From positions 1 to 45,732 of the forward strand of contig JBDRKX010000012.1 in NCBI GenBank assembly GCA_043813605.1: a stretch of DNA of 45,732 nucleotides, written 5' to 3'. The notes under the pieces are model-generated. The model was not told the origin of the DNA. It was given only the letters and a program-made list of their open reading frames with translations, and did no database searches. Origin of the DNA: Elusimicrobiota bacterium (lineage in GTDB: Bacteria; CG03; SLGR01; JBDRKX01). Positions 11,653 to 22,296 of the stretch are shown here, piece after piece; position 1 is the first letter of the stretch; each line of letters starts with the position of its first letter. A program made the translations under genes and the position numbers.

Positions 11653-12360
11653 ATGAGCGAATCAGAAATACTAAATTATAAATACAACTTCAAATTTAAG
11701 AACGGGATGGAGAAAGAATTTGATGTAAAACTGGATGCGGAAACACTTAACTTGATAATTGATAGAAAGGATTCATATGCGCCCTGGACGGAACTTAAGA
11801 ATTTCAGATGCCCGTGTTGTCCGCTGGATGAGAGTAAACATAAATACTGCCCTGTAATAACAAATCTGCTCGATGTGATAGGATATTTCAAAGATTCCAT
11901 ATCCTACGAAGAAGCTGAGATAAAAATACAGACAGCGGACAGGACATATATTAAAAATACTTCTCTGCAGAATGGACTGAATTCACTTATAGGTATATAT
12001 ATGCCGACGAGCGGATGCCCCCTGCTGGGGAAACTAAAACCCATGGTAAGGTTTCACCTTCCGTTTGCAACCCTGGATGAGACTAATTTCCGTATGGTAT
12101 CAATGTATCTTTTCGCTCAGTATTTCATTTTTAAGAAAAGCGACAAGGCGCCTGACTGGGAACTCAGAGACCTGGTCAAGATATATAATGATATCAGGCA
12201 GGTTAATAAGAATTTCTGCGATAAACTTTCTGACCTTAAGGTCAAAGACGCGGCTATAAATGCGCTCGTAACGCTTGACTGTTTTGCTTTTTCAGTCTCA
12301 TATTCTATAGACACATTTAAACTGAATAAGATAGAACAGCTGTTTAACGAGTATCTCTGA
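11653..12360 (+). CDS. Conserved Cys-motif protein (DUF6901-like)
   Basis: WTEL..FRCPCCPL...CP, MPTSGCP, LKPMVRFHLPFA. Confidence 0.7.
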   Translation: MSESEILNYKYNFKFKNGMEKEFDVKLDAETLNLIIDRKDSYAPWTELKNFRCPCCPLDESKHKYCPVITNLLDVIGYFKDSISYEEAEIKIQTADRTYIKNTSLQNGLNSLIGIYMPTSGCPLLGKLKPMVRFHLPFATLDETNFRMVSMYLFAQYFIFKKSDKAPDWELRDLVKIYNDIRQVNKNFCDKLSDLKVKDAAINALVTLDCFAFSVSYSIDTFKLNKIEQLFNEYL

Positions 12361-12378
12361 GCCCGCCGTATCAGGACT

Positions 12379-12918
12379 TCAAGTTTTTTTTGAATAGTCG
12401 AAACCGGCTTTAAGTGCTTTTATATTGATCTCGCGGAATCTTTCCTTTTTGCCGGTAAAAAAATCAGGTATGCATGCTGTGACGCTCTCAAGGTCTACTG
12501 TTTGGTGGTCACCAATAAGTGCGCCGAGCATGACCATGTTAAGAGAAAGTATAGATCCGCAGTCCTCGGCTATATTATTCGAAGGTATGCATATCAGCTT
12601 TATACCCGGTAATTGTTCCGGTTCAAAGAGGCTTGTATTTGCAAAAATAGTGCCATCCGTGTTTATCCTGGGTGAAAAAAGTTCATATGACGGTCTGTTG
12701 AATGAGATAAGGATATCGGCCCGGTCTATTATGGGAGAGCCTATCGGCTCGTCGGATATTATTACCTGGCAATTGGCTGTACCTCCGCGGATCTCTGCGC
12801 CATAGGACGGAAAAAAAGTAACATTTCTGCCTTCGCGCATCCCTGCATGGCAGAGAATAGTTCCGGCAAACATTATCCCCTGTCCGCCGAAGCCGCTGAT
12901 TATTATTCTTGTATTCAC
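12379..12918 (-). CDS. 2-oxoacid:ferredoxin oxidoreductase gamma subunit
   Basis: GFGGQGI, PSYGAEIRGGTANC, NMVMLGA. Confidence 0.92.
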   Translation of the reverse strand: MNTRIIISGFGGQGIMFAGTILCHAGMREGRNVTFFPSYGAEIRGGTANCQVIISDEPIGSPIIDRADILISFNRPSYELFSPRINTDGTIFANTSLFEPEQLPGIKLICIPSNNIAEDCGSILSLNMVMLGALIGDHQTVDLESVTACIPDFFTGKKERFREINIKALKAGFDYSKKT

Positions 12919-13646
12919 TTAGGTATATCCTTATATACTCCGAGAGGAAAATAGTCCGACATGGTCTTATCTATCCATTTTACAGATTCAAGGACATTCA
13001 TCTTCCAGCCGGGAGGGCACATGGACAGGAATTCGACGAGAGCGAATCCCTTGCCGTCCATCTGGTACTGAAGCGCTTTTTTTACCGCTTTTTTTGCTTT
13101 ATTGACGTTTTTTGGATTATTTACGGCAACTCTCTCGACATAAGATGTACCTTCCAGCCCTGAAACGAGTTCACATACCTTCATGGGATATCCGTCCTCA
13201 ACAGACCGGCCGGCCGGAGTGGTTGTAGTCACCTGCTCAAAGAGCGTGGTAGGCGCCATCTGTCCGCCTGTCATGCCGTAACAGGCATTATTTATGAAAA
13301 AAATAGTTATGTTTTCCCCCCTGTTAGCGGCATGAAGAAGTTCATTCCCTCCTATTGCTGCGAGATCTCCGTCTCCCTGATATGTTATCACTATCTTTTC
13401 AGGCAATACCCGTTTTATACCTGTGGCTGCAGCCGGCGGCCTGCCGTGAGGCGCTTCGGTCGTGTCAAGATCCCAGTAAAAGTATGCGAATACGGCACAA
13501 CCGACCGGAGCTACAGTTATAACATCCTGTCTGATATTAAGTTCGTCTATAGACTCTGCAATAAGGCGGTGTACGATACCGTGCCCGCAGCCGGGGCAAT
13601 AATGATGCGGAGTATCTGTAAGGCTGGCAGGTTTTTCAAATATCAC
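12915..13646 (-). CDS. 2-oxoacid:ferredoxin oxidoreductase beta (TPP-binding) subunit, Vor type
   Basis: HYCPGCGHG, PVGC, YQGDGDLAAIG, YGMTGGQMAPTT. Confidence 0.92.
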   Translation of the reverse strand: MIFEKPASLTDTPHHYCPGCGHGIVHRLIAESIDELNIRQDVITVAPVGCAVFAYFYWDLDTTEAPHGRPPAAATGIKRVLPEKIVITYQGDGDLAAIGGNELLHAANRGENITIFFINNACYGMTGGQMAPTTLFEQVTTTTPAGRSVEDGYPMKVCELVSGLEGTSYVERVAVNNPKNVNKAKKAVKKALQYQMDGKGFALVEFLSMCPPGWKMNVLESVKWIDKTMSDYFPLGVYKDIPK

Positions 13647-14695
13647 TTCATCATCTCCTTGAGTAATTCCAGTATCCTGGATATTTCGGGCAATCCGCCT
13701 GCCGGTTTTCCATAAAACTCTACTTCAGTTCTGCCGTTTACCGCCAGCCTGACATCGTCTACCATCTGCCCCATGGACATCTCTATGACGAGGAACTTCG
13801 ATCTTTCAGATAGATGTTGTATTCTGGCAGTGGGAAAAGGATAAGCTGTCTTAAGCCTGAAATATCCGGCTTTCAGCCCGATTTCCTTTGCCTGGCGGCA
13901 CGCATCAAGGTTAATACGTGAACTTGTGCCGTAACCCACAAGGATAACATCAGCATCTTCTGTGTCTATTTCTTCCCATAATGTTTCTTTTTCCATTAAA
14001 GCGAACTTATCCCAGAGCTTGTAGTTATGTTGTTCCAGCTCGCCTTCCTTCATGAAAAGGGATCTTATGTACCTTGAATCTCTTTCCCCGGCGCCTGTCA
14101 GGTTCCAGCCGAGATCTTCGAGTGTTTTATTGTATGTATCCGGAGGAGGAATATCAGCCGGTTCGAGGAGTTGTCCCAGTACCCCATCCGTGAGTATCAT
14201 GACAGGATTACGGTATTTGAATGCAAGATCGAATGAATCCCTTGTCATCTCGTACATCTCCTGAACGCTTGAAGGCGTTAAGGTTATCATCCTGTAATCA
14301 CCGTGCCCGCCGCCTTTTACTGTCTGGGTATAGTCACTTTGCGCACCGGATATATTTCCCAGCCCGGGACCGCCTCTCTGAACATTAACTATGACAGCCG
14401 GGAGTTCACAGCCAACCATATATGATATACCTTCCTGCATCAGCGATATGCCGGGAGAAGAGGATGTGGTCATAGCCCTTTTTCCTGTGACCGCCGCGCC
14501 CATTACCATATTTATCGCAGCAAGCTCGGATTCAGCCTGTAGGAACACCCTGCCCGTATCGCGCATTCTGAGCGACATGTATTCTGTTATCTCGTTTTGC
14601 GGAGTTATAGGGTAACCGAAGTATGCGTCTATGCCGCCCGAAAGCGCGCCTTCGACGATCGCCCTGTTTCCCTGGAAAAGTTTATCCTTCTTCAT
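13643..14695 (-). CDS. vorB: 2-oxoacid (3-methyl-2-oxobutanoate-type):ferredoxin oxidoreductase alpha subunit
   Basis: GYPITPQNE, QAESELAAINM, TSSSPGISL, QRGGPGLGNI, KGGGHGDY. Confidence 0.9.
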   Translation of the reverse strand: MKKDKLFQGNRAIVEGALSGGIDAYFGYPITPQNEITEYMSLRMRDTGRVFLQAESELAAINMVMGAAVTGKRAMTTSSSPGISLMQEGISYMVGCELPAVIVNVQRGGPGLGNISGAQSDYTQTVKGGGHGDYRMITLTPSSVQEMYEMTRDSFDLAFKYRNPVMILTDGVLGQLLEPADIPPPDTYNKTLEDLGWNLTGAGERDSRYIRSLFMKEGELEQHNYKLWDKFALMEKETLWEEIDTEDADVILVGYGTSSRINLDACRQAKEIGLKAGYFRLKTAYPFPTARIQHLSERSKFLVIEMSMGQMVDDVRLAVNGRTEVEFYGKPAGGLPEISRILELLKEMMK

Positions 14696-14903
14696 ATTCT
14701 TTGATCTCTATGCAGTAATCGGGACACATGGTGTAGCATATGCCGCATAAGCTGCATTCCCCAGTCCATTTAACGGGATGAAACCCGTTTGAATTGAATT
14801 TTTCGCTGAACTCAAGCGCGCCGGAAGGACAGAATTCAATACAGAGCCCGCATTCTTTGCAGCGGCCGGCGTCGATAATCAGATTTTTTTTCTTTTGTGA
14901 CAT
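14682..14903 (-). CDS. 2x[4Fe-4S] ferredoxin (delta subunit)
   Basis: CKECGLCIEFCP and CSLCGICYTMCP. Confidence 0.92.
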   Translation of the reverse strand: MSQKKKNLIIDAGRCKECGLCIEFCPSGALEFSEKFNSNGFHPVKWTGECSLCGICYTMCPDYCIEIKEYEEG

Positions 14904-14948
14904 GAAATAATTTGTTTGAGAAATTTGAAAATCTCAGCGGAACTGATT

Positions 14949-15929
14949 TTACCAGCGCAGGACTATCCCGCCCCATGTAAAACCTGAGCCGAATGCAACC
15001 AGATTGACAATGTCTCCTTTTCCTATTGTTTTGTTCTCATCAGCTACAGCAAGGCCGATGGCTGTTGTAGCGGCACTCATGTTCCCGACTTTGTCGACAT
15101 TGATAAAGACCTGGTCATTATCCAGTTTGAGCCTTTTGGCAACAGCTTTAATGATCCTCAAGTTTGCCTGATGCGGTATAAGGAGTTTAAGGTTCTCCGG
15201 TTTTACACCGGCCTTTTCAAGTGATATCAATGAAGACTGTATCATCTTCTGAACAGCGATCTTAAAAACTTCGTTTCCCTTCATCTGCAGAAAAAGTTCC
15301 CTGTTATTAACTGTTTCTGCAGAGGCAGGTTTTCTTGAGCCGCCCGAAGGCACTATGAGGAGATCTCCGTAGTTACCATCGCTGCCGAGGTAAGTAGAAA
15401 GGATACCGCTTTCACCTTCAGTCCTTTGCAGTATGGCGCAGCCGGCGCCGTCGCCGAAAAGCACGCATGTAGTCCGGTCTTCCCAGTCTGTTATGCTTGA
15501 CATCTTTTCGGAGGCCACGACCATTACTGTATCGGCCGTTTTATTAAGCAGCATCGATTCTGCGATAGATAACGCGTATATAAATCCCGTACATGCTGCG
15601 GAGATATCAAAAGCGAAAGCTTTATCAAGGCCGAGTTGTTTTTGTATTAAGCAGGCAGTAGAAGGAAATTGATGATCAGGAGTTATTGTCGAGCAGATAA
15701 CAGCCCCTATATCGGACTTTTTTATGCCGCATTTTTCCATCGCCATCTTAGCGGCATGCACCCCCATATCGGAAGATGATTCGTTGTTTTCAGCGATATG
15801 TCTTTCTTTTATACCGGTTCTTGTGGTTATCCATTCATCCGTAGTATCTACTATCTTTTCAAGGTCCTTGTTTGTAAGTACCTTTAAAGGCAGATAGTAA
15901 CCGGTTGAAATAATTCTTGCACGCACCAT
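14949..15929 (-). CDS. fabH: Beta-ketoacyl-ACP synthase III
   Basis: AACTGF, LFGDGAG, PHQAN, GNMSAA, FGSGFTWG. Confidence 0.97.
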   Translation of the reverse strand: MVRARIISTGYYLPLKVLTNKDLEKIVDTTDEWITTRTGIKERHIAENNESSSDMGVHAAKMAMEKCGIKKSDIGAVICSTITPDHQFPSTACLIQKQLGLDKAFAFDISAACTGFIYALSIAESMLLNKTADTVMVVASEKMSSITDWEDRTTCVLFGDGAGCAILQRTEGESGILSTYLGSDGNYGDLLIVPSGGSRKPASAETVNNRELFLQMKGNEVFKIAVQKMIQSSLISLEKAGVKPENLKLLIPHQANLRIIKAVAKRLKLDNDQVFINVDKVGNMSAATTAIGLAVADENKTIGKGDIVNLVAFGSGFTWGGIVLRW

Positions 15930-16085
15930 AAAAAAATCTCCTAAGGTTTATAAATTACTGTGACTGTGGATTAAATATTTCCCCAGAGTATCACCTATTC
16001 TAAAAAAAATGTTTTACAATGTAAAGTCTGACAGGATAGAATATGTCTGCCGGTAATAAAGGTGACGTATATAAAAGGAGGTGGA

Positions 16086-18287
16086 TTACCGGCCGGATAG
16101 AAGCAATAGCCCGCTGACAGCAACGATAAAAACTATTATAATTGAGTGTAAGATGCCCGCAACAGGAACGATGATCAGGCTTATGAGAAGGGCACCTGCA
16201 AAAGACCCTAAAAGATCCATTCCGTAAAAAATACCGGCTCTTGTGCCGGTATTCGGGTAACTATTCTTGAAATCTATGGCGCAGATAAGCGGAAACTGTA
16301 TCCCGCCGATAAGGCCCGGCAGAAAAGGCAATAGCATAAAAATATATTCACCGGAGCCTAAGGTGCCGGCCTTTACAGCAAAGATGTATAGTATAAGTGT
16401 ATAAAATACCATACCTGACTGGCTTATAATAAGCCAGTTTTTGTCAGCAGTACCGTTTTCGATATATCTATTGATTATGAAACTCCCCGCGATCAGTCCG
16501 CACATAAAAGAAGTAAAAATAATACTCATTTTCCAGTAGACTGTACCGAAAAAGATCTGGAAAATAAAAATAGTTATAAGTTGAAAAGATATCTCGGAAA
16601 ATCCTCCGCAGGCGGTCAGGGCAAAAAGCCGGAAAAGGAAAGCATCTTTACGCGAATATACAGGATACAGCATGATAAGACACAGGATAGCCAGGCCCGT
16701 ATATATGTGATAAGGTTTAATCGTGCGGAAGAAAAGAACCCGTTTATCACTGAAATGGGTTGTCCACAAGATCATGTTGGAATAATGTAGTAGCGGTTTG
16801 AAATCACGGTTTATTGAACTGTTAAGACATCCGGATATCCTGTCGGAAAGTTCCTTGAACCGTATTTCTGCCCAATCGCTTTGAAGGTAGTATTCCCTGA
16901 AATACTCGGTTTTTATACCGCGGTCATTGAGCCGGGACATCATTATACGCCAGTCATAAGTCAGCGTTGAGTGTTCAGCGGCAGCAAGGAAATATGCTGT
17001 TTCGCCGGGTGTTATGAGTACTTCGGCAAAGATCTCTTCGAGTGTCTTCTTCAGTGATGCAAATATCTCCCGCTGCTCGTCCGATATGTAATTCTGCTGG
17101 GAAGGAAGAGAAAAAGAGAAAACGCCGCCTGGCTTCAGATTCCGGCGGACATCGGAGAAGAATTCGTACGTGTAGAAACGGTTTAAAAGAAGAGTGCGCG
17201 GTGGGGGAAAATTCATTATTATGAGATCAAATCCGCCCCGGTCCCGTTTTAGCCAGCTGCGCGCATCCGTATACACGGTATTGAACCGTTTATCTTTTAC
17301 CGGGGGAAGGATATTATGCAGGTAAAATGGCAATTGCGGATCAAGTTCAATATAAATAACTTCTTCAACGGGATGTTTAAGTATTTCTCCGGAAATTCCT
17401 GACATCCCGCTGCCTATAAGGAGCACCCGGCGGGGATCTTCATGCTGGCACATGGGAATATGAGCATTCATTTCTTCTGAAGGAGGATCGGGTACCGTGA
17501 AATTATATGTGCCGCTTGTATATATGCTATAGCTGTCTTCGTTCTTAAGAACCATAAGGTTCTGGTAATACGTGTTTTTTGTCAGTACAAGTTCTGTGCC
17601 GGGATAATTCTTTTCGATAAGCTTTTTGTCGATACTGTCTGTAAAAGGAAAAATTATTATACAGGTGATAAATAGTATAGCGGAAAGAGACCTTACCCGG
17701 GAGCGGGAGCCGGGATCGAGGAAAAAGGCAGCCGACAGGTTTAAGAGAGAAAGGATGAGAAACACCTGGAATGAACTTAAATACACAAGGAAGAGAAGGC
17801 CGGTAGTCAGCCCGCCGGTAAATGCCCCAGCGGATTCTATAAGATATACTTTGCCTGCTCTTAATATCCCCGGCTGGTTTTTATAGACGTCACATCCGCT
17901 GGCAAACAGCATGCCCAGCAGGAGATTAATAGGTGATATTGCAATAAAAACGGATATTACAGTACTGAGTAAACCGGATATCTCTCCGGGAAAAAGGTTG
18001 AGTAATCCCGGCGATGATCTTATCAGGAAAACAGTTAAAAGGAGAAATAATCCCAGTATTATCTGGAGCGTATTGAATATACGAAGGCGGTTTTTACTGT
18101 GCTCGAACAGTTTCGTGAAAATCTAACTGCCGGCAGCGCCGGATAAAAGCCATGATCCCAGGATGAGCCCGACTGTGAGTTCATTGCCGTAAAGTACAAC
18201 AAGCAGCTCCCTTATAACCACTATCTGGCAGCTGAGAGCAGTAAATCCTATTAGAAAAAAAGAGAAAATCAACATTATTGGTATCAT
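16086..18287 (-). pseudogene. Membrane-fused spermidine-synthase-like protein interrupted by an in-frame TAG
   Basis: The frame is open from ATG 18287 (..QIVVIRELLVVLYGNELTVGLILGSWLL..) except TAG at 18123-18125. It then continues into the 608-aa ORF with SAM-binding LLIGSG, IELDP, TDAR and RFYTYEFF. Confidence 0.75.
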
Positions 18288-18392
18288 TAGTTTAAAGATA
18301 TTTTAGTTAATACTTCTAGTTAAATCAAAATCTTCTCCCGGAACATGCGGGATATAGTCGTGAAACCCGCTGAAAAACAAGGAAAAATTCAT

Positions 18393-18448
18393 TTGACTTT
18401 TAAAATAGGCACTGATATAATCTCAAGTGGTTTGTGATATAAATCACA
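18393..18448 (+). promoter_or_regulatory. Sigma70 promoter followed by a TGTGA-N6-TCACA operator
   Basis: TTGACT(18393)-17 nt-TG.TATAAT(18416-18421). TGTGATATAAATCACA at 18433-18448. Confidence 0.7.
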
Positions 18449-18524
18449 GAAAAAAAAACAGAATTCCGTTATCCTGTTTATAGAAAGGAAATACCTGGAC
18501 GGAAAGGATAAACAGGAGGAGAAA

Positions 18525-20243
18525 ATGAAAATTTCAAAGAAATTTATTTTATTTAGTGTCGTTATTGTCCTCGGAGTTACGGCTGCGGTATTTGCTGATA
18601 CTGCAACTGTCTCGGCGATTGACGGGACAGTGCAGTATGTAAAGAAAGGAGCAGACGACTGGCAGCCTGCAGAAATAGGCACGGTACTTGCTGTGGGGGA
18701 TAAGATAGGCTGTAAAGACGATTCGTCGGCGGAACTCAGTTTCGAGAACGGGCACAAGGCGAAATTAGGGTCGAACAGTTTTATGGTAATAGAATCTATG
18801 GGGGATACGACTGCGATAAACCTTTTTAAGGGTAAAATACTCTCAAAGGTCAGAAAACTCTCCAGGAACGAGAACTATACAGTCAAGACGCCACAGTCAG
18901 TATGTGCTGTGAGAGGTACCGAGTTTGCCGTAAACATAGGAGAAACAACACAGGTTATAGTGTATGAAGGCAGTGTGGCGGCTACCGAACTCGAGACAGG
19001 TGCCGCGGTAATTATACCTGCCGGAAAATATACGATCATTATCAGAAGCCAGCCTCCGAGTGAACCGGATGACATAGAAAACCTCGATCAGACAGGCACC
19101 GGTGACGGACAGGATACAGCTGAAGGTGAAGGAGAAGAAGAAGCCGAAAAGGATGAACTCAGACAGGAGATGAGAGACGCTGTGCAGGAGATAGCTGTTG
19201 AAATCGATAATGCGCGGGATGTCGTTGAAAATCAGAAGGAGACCGATTCATCGACCGGAAGGACCCTGAGAGACGTACACGGCAATCTTGTGAGGATAGA
19301 ACAGTACCTGTTGAGGCCGGAGCCTGATACGGTCCAGTTCATAAACATAACAAAAAGGAACAATTATATCTATAAGGGAAAGATGAAGGTCGGTTCCACG
19401 GGACCCAGGCTCGACACTATTGATTTTAAAGCGAAATTCAATATGAATATGCCTGAAAAGATATCAGACTGGCTGGGATTTTTCGAAGACATTGACGACC
19501 AGGACCTCGATTTTCATCCGGAAACTATCAGAATTAAACTCTCAAACAAAATTGCTAAAGCAAATAAGGATGAGGTTATTATAAGTTCCGAATGGGAAGA
19601 AAATGCAAACGATCCTGACCGTGAAGGCGACATGGGTGATATGAATATTATTTTCAAGAGCGAGACAAAAGGCGAGTGGAATGTTTTTGCCGGGGAAGCA
19701 GAGGATTTTGACGCCGGTGACCAGCGCCTTCTTATAAAGACCGGCGAGGAACCTTCAAACGGGATGATGTGGAATAGCGAGGATGCTGTTAATATGTGGG
19801 TTATATCACCCAAACTGCTGCTCTACAAGGATCTGAACAATAACGGCGCGTGGGACGAAGCTGAAGCCACAATTGACAATACATTATGGGTAAGGATGGG
19901 ATCGGAGAGCTGGGCGATAAATAACGACGGCAATATCCTTGACACCGATATGTTCGAAAATGGGGACATGAACCCGTTTGAGATCGTAAAAAACATAGCT
20001 TTTGAGTCTTCTATACTGGTCAGATACAGTGACGAGATGGAAGATCCCGGCTGTATATTGAGTCAGGATTATGATGACGAGTTATGGACAGACAGCCAAA
20101 AAGCCGATTATCAGCTGGAAGCGCTCCAGGCATTCAACAGTGCGAATAATTTGTTCGCGACTAATCTCGACCTGGTGATCACGCCTGATTTCGTCATACC
20201 TATTATGGAGGAAATAGCGAAAGGCGCCTCGAAAAAAATGTAG
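18525..20243 (+). CDS. Secreted FecR-domain protein with long acidic C-terminal region
   Basis: Signal peptide, FecR motif VKTPQSVCAVRGTEF..V.EGSV, DLNNNGAWD motif. Confidence 0.8.
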   Translation: MKISKKFILFSVVIVLGVTAAVFADTATVSAIDGTVQYVKKGADDWQPAEIGTVLAVGDKIGCKDDSSAELSFENGHKAKLGSNSFMVIESMGDTTAINLFKGKILSKVRKLSRNENYTVKTPQSVCAVRGTEFAVNIGETTQVIVYEGSVAATELETGAAVIIPAGKYTIIIRSQPPSEPDDIENLDQTGTGDGQDTAEGEGEEEAEKDELRQEMRDAVQEIAVEIDNARDVVENQKETDSSTGRTLRDVHGNLVRIEQYLLRPEPDTVQFINITKRNNYIYKGKMKVGSTGPRLDTIDFKAKFNMNMPEKISDWLGFFEDIDDQDLDFHPETIRIKLSNKIAKANKDEVIISSEWEENANDPDREGDMGDMNIIFKSETKGEWNVFAGEAEDFDAGDQRLLIKTGEEPSNGMMWNSEDAVNMWVISPKLLLYKDLNNNGAWDEAEATIDNTLWVRMGSESWAINNDGNILDTDMFENGDMNPFEIVKNIAFESSILVRYSDEMEDPGCILSQDYDDELWTDSQKADYQLEALQAFNSANNLFATNLDLVITPDFVIPIMEEIAKGASKKM

Positions 20244-20282
20244 TTCCGGGAAATGGAGCGGAAGAATCTGAGAGATATAAAG

Positions 20283-21077
20283 ATGAAAATAATAAAGACA
20301 ATAACACTGCTTGCAATTATATCGGCACTTAGCTTGAGCCTGGTTCTTGCCGCTGATGACGACAGCGGATTCAGTATATCCGAACTCGGAGTACCGTCAT
20401 GGGTAATAGACGCGGCACTCAAGTTCGTGAACAATCCCGATGACGTCTTTTATAATTTTCACCTGGATAATGTGGATTATTCCCCGGTAGTAGAAGATCA
20501 GCCGGCGACGCTGAGGACCAATTTCCTGACGACATTTTTCCCTTTTACCTGGGGAAACCTGAACCTGAAGGTAAAGGTGATGCCTGATGAAAAATACTAT
20601 AACTGGATGCCTCAGATAGACCTGATGGGCAGTTACGGGCGGATAATAGGACTTGACCTGGCAAGCAAGTTTATGACGAGCGATTCTACCGATTCGTTTA
20701 AACCGCCGACCATGGTCGATTACAGTGTCGGGATACTCCTAACTAAAGCGGTATCGCAGGAGACACGGCTTTATGCCGGATTCCAGTATTCGCTGATATC
20801 CCTGGATTTCGAGTTCCCGGAACCCCTGGAGATCACTGACGATACTTCACTCAGTAAAATAAATGTGATGCGGAAAGATTATATAGTTGTCACCGGGATA
20901 TCAAATACAATAAGGAAAGATAAGCGCATAGTCGCATATGTAGGATACGGATTTAATTATAAGAAGATATTTTCAAGGTTTATGTGGTATTACGACCACC
21001 TTGAAATGGGATTTAATGTATATCCCGAGGGGTTGCTGGTTATCCATCCGTTCTTAGGATGGCACTGGAATTTCTAG
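20283..21077 (+). CDS. Exported protein, probable outer-membrane beta-barrel
   Basis: Signal peptide from MKIIK, amphipathic strands, C-terminal LGWHWNF. Confidence 0.6.
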   Translation: MKIIKTITLLAIISALSLSLVLAADDDSGFSISELGVPSWVIDAALKFVNNPDDVFYNFHLDNVDYSPVVEDQPATLRTNFLTTFFPFTWGNLNLKVKVMPDEKYYNWMPQIDLMGSYGRIIGLDLASKFMTSDSTDSFKPPTMVDYSVGILLTKAVSQETRLYAGFQYSLISLDFEFPEPLEITDDTSLSKINVMRKDYIVVTGISNTIRKDKRIVAYVGYGFNYKKIFSRFMWYYDHLEMGFNVYPEGLLVIHPFLGWHWNF

Positions 21078-21084
21078 GAACATC

Positions 21085-22296
21085 ATGAAAACAATAACAA
21101 AAATACTGATAATGGTTACAGCGGTTAGCGTTCTTGGAACCGGGATGTCTAACGCCCGGATGAAACTGGCGCCTTACTATAATTATAAGTTCATAGAGGG
21201 CGTGTCAGTGTCTCCGACCGGTGATTTCGGGTTCCTGGTAAACCTGTCGAACGATATAGGGCTGATAGTTCAGCCAGTAGAAAAGCATACTTTCATAGGG
21301 TTCTATTCACTGAAATATCAGGGCCCTGGGCTCAAAGAACAGGAAGGCAGGGAATTCTCTGAACGGTATCTCGATCACATGTTCGTAGGAAGGCATCACT
21401 GGACTTTGCCGGACGGTACTGTACTAAAAACTCAGTATGACATGATATTCGAGGCAAGAAGAAGCGGGACAAACGAGACATGGGATAACGGGCTCTATAA
21501 TTTCAACCGTTACGGCGGTACAGCTTCTTTCAGTAAGATGATAGGCAAAGTAGAAATCACCCCGGCATTTAAATATCATTACATGACATTCCCCAATTAT
21601 ACGGATATGCTGGCAGAACTCAGATCAGGTGCCGATGCAAGTGCTTCTGAGGGGAAACAGAACCATCATATAATCGAGGTCGGGGGCCAAGCTAAATATA
21701 AAGAGAATGCAGGGAAACTTAATGTCGCACAGCAGCTTTATACAAAACAGAAAGTGGCTGTTGATACTGTCCAGGACGACGGCACATATTACAGCAGTGA
21801 AGGGCAGAAAGACCTGACTGTCACCATATCCGCGAAAAGGGAACAGGAACTTTCTCCCATATCAGTGCTGATCCCGGAAGTCACTTTTGTACTGAAAGAT
21901 TCTAACCAGAACTACCAGCATTTTACAGATGTGACTTCGACGTCGCCCGTATCGTTTCATGCTGATTATAACGATTACATGGATATATCTTTTGCTGTCC
22001 CGGTTTCACTGGGGCTTTCAAAAAAATGGTCTCTCATATTCAGTCCTAGTTTGAGTTATAAAAAATATATGAAAAGGAATGCCAGGGCCGAAGATGGCAG
22101 TTTCTATCAGGACAAGAAACAGACAAGGATGCTGAGCATATACACGCTGGGTTTCAGAAATCAGATAGGAGAAAGTTCGTCAAGCATGATGTTCGTCACA
22201 TACCAGACACAGGCATCCAATATGGAATACGAGAAGTATGTAGCGTATAACTACTCGGGATATTCCCTGGGTCTTAAGTTTCAGCTGGAATACTAG
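21085..22296 (+). CDS. Probable outer-membrane beta-barrel protein
   Basis: Signal peptide, Tyr/aromatic-rich alternating strands, C-terminal beta-signal YSLGLKFQLEY. Confidence 0.7.
   Translation: MKTITKILIMVTAVSVLGTGMSNARMKLAPYYNYKFIEGVSVSPTGDFGFLVNLSNDIGLIVQPVEKHTFIGFYSLKYQGPGLKEQEGREFSERYLDHMFVGRHHWTLPDGTVLKTQYDMIFEARRSGTNETWDNGLYNFNRYGGTASFSKMIGKVEITPAFKYHYMTFPNYTDMLAELRSGADASASEGKQNHHIIEVGGQAKYKENAGKLNVAQQLYTKQKVAVDTVQDDGTYYSSEGQKDLTVTISAKREQELSPISVLIPEVTFVLKDSNQNYQHFTDVTSTSPVSFHADYNDYMDISFAVPVSLGLSKKWSLIFSPSLSYKKYMKRNARAEDGSFYQDKKQTRMLSIYTLGFRNQIGESSSSMMFVTYQTQASNMEYEKYVAYNYSGYSLGLKFQLEY

Noticed and set aside
16086..18287. Genome-wide TAG reassignment
   Set aside because: TAG terminates many genes at expected ends (e.g. 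9140, 20243, 21077, 22296, 37852).
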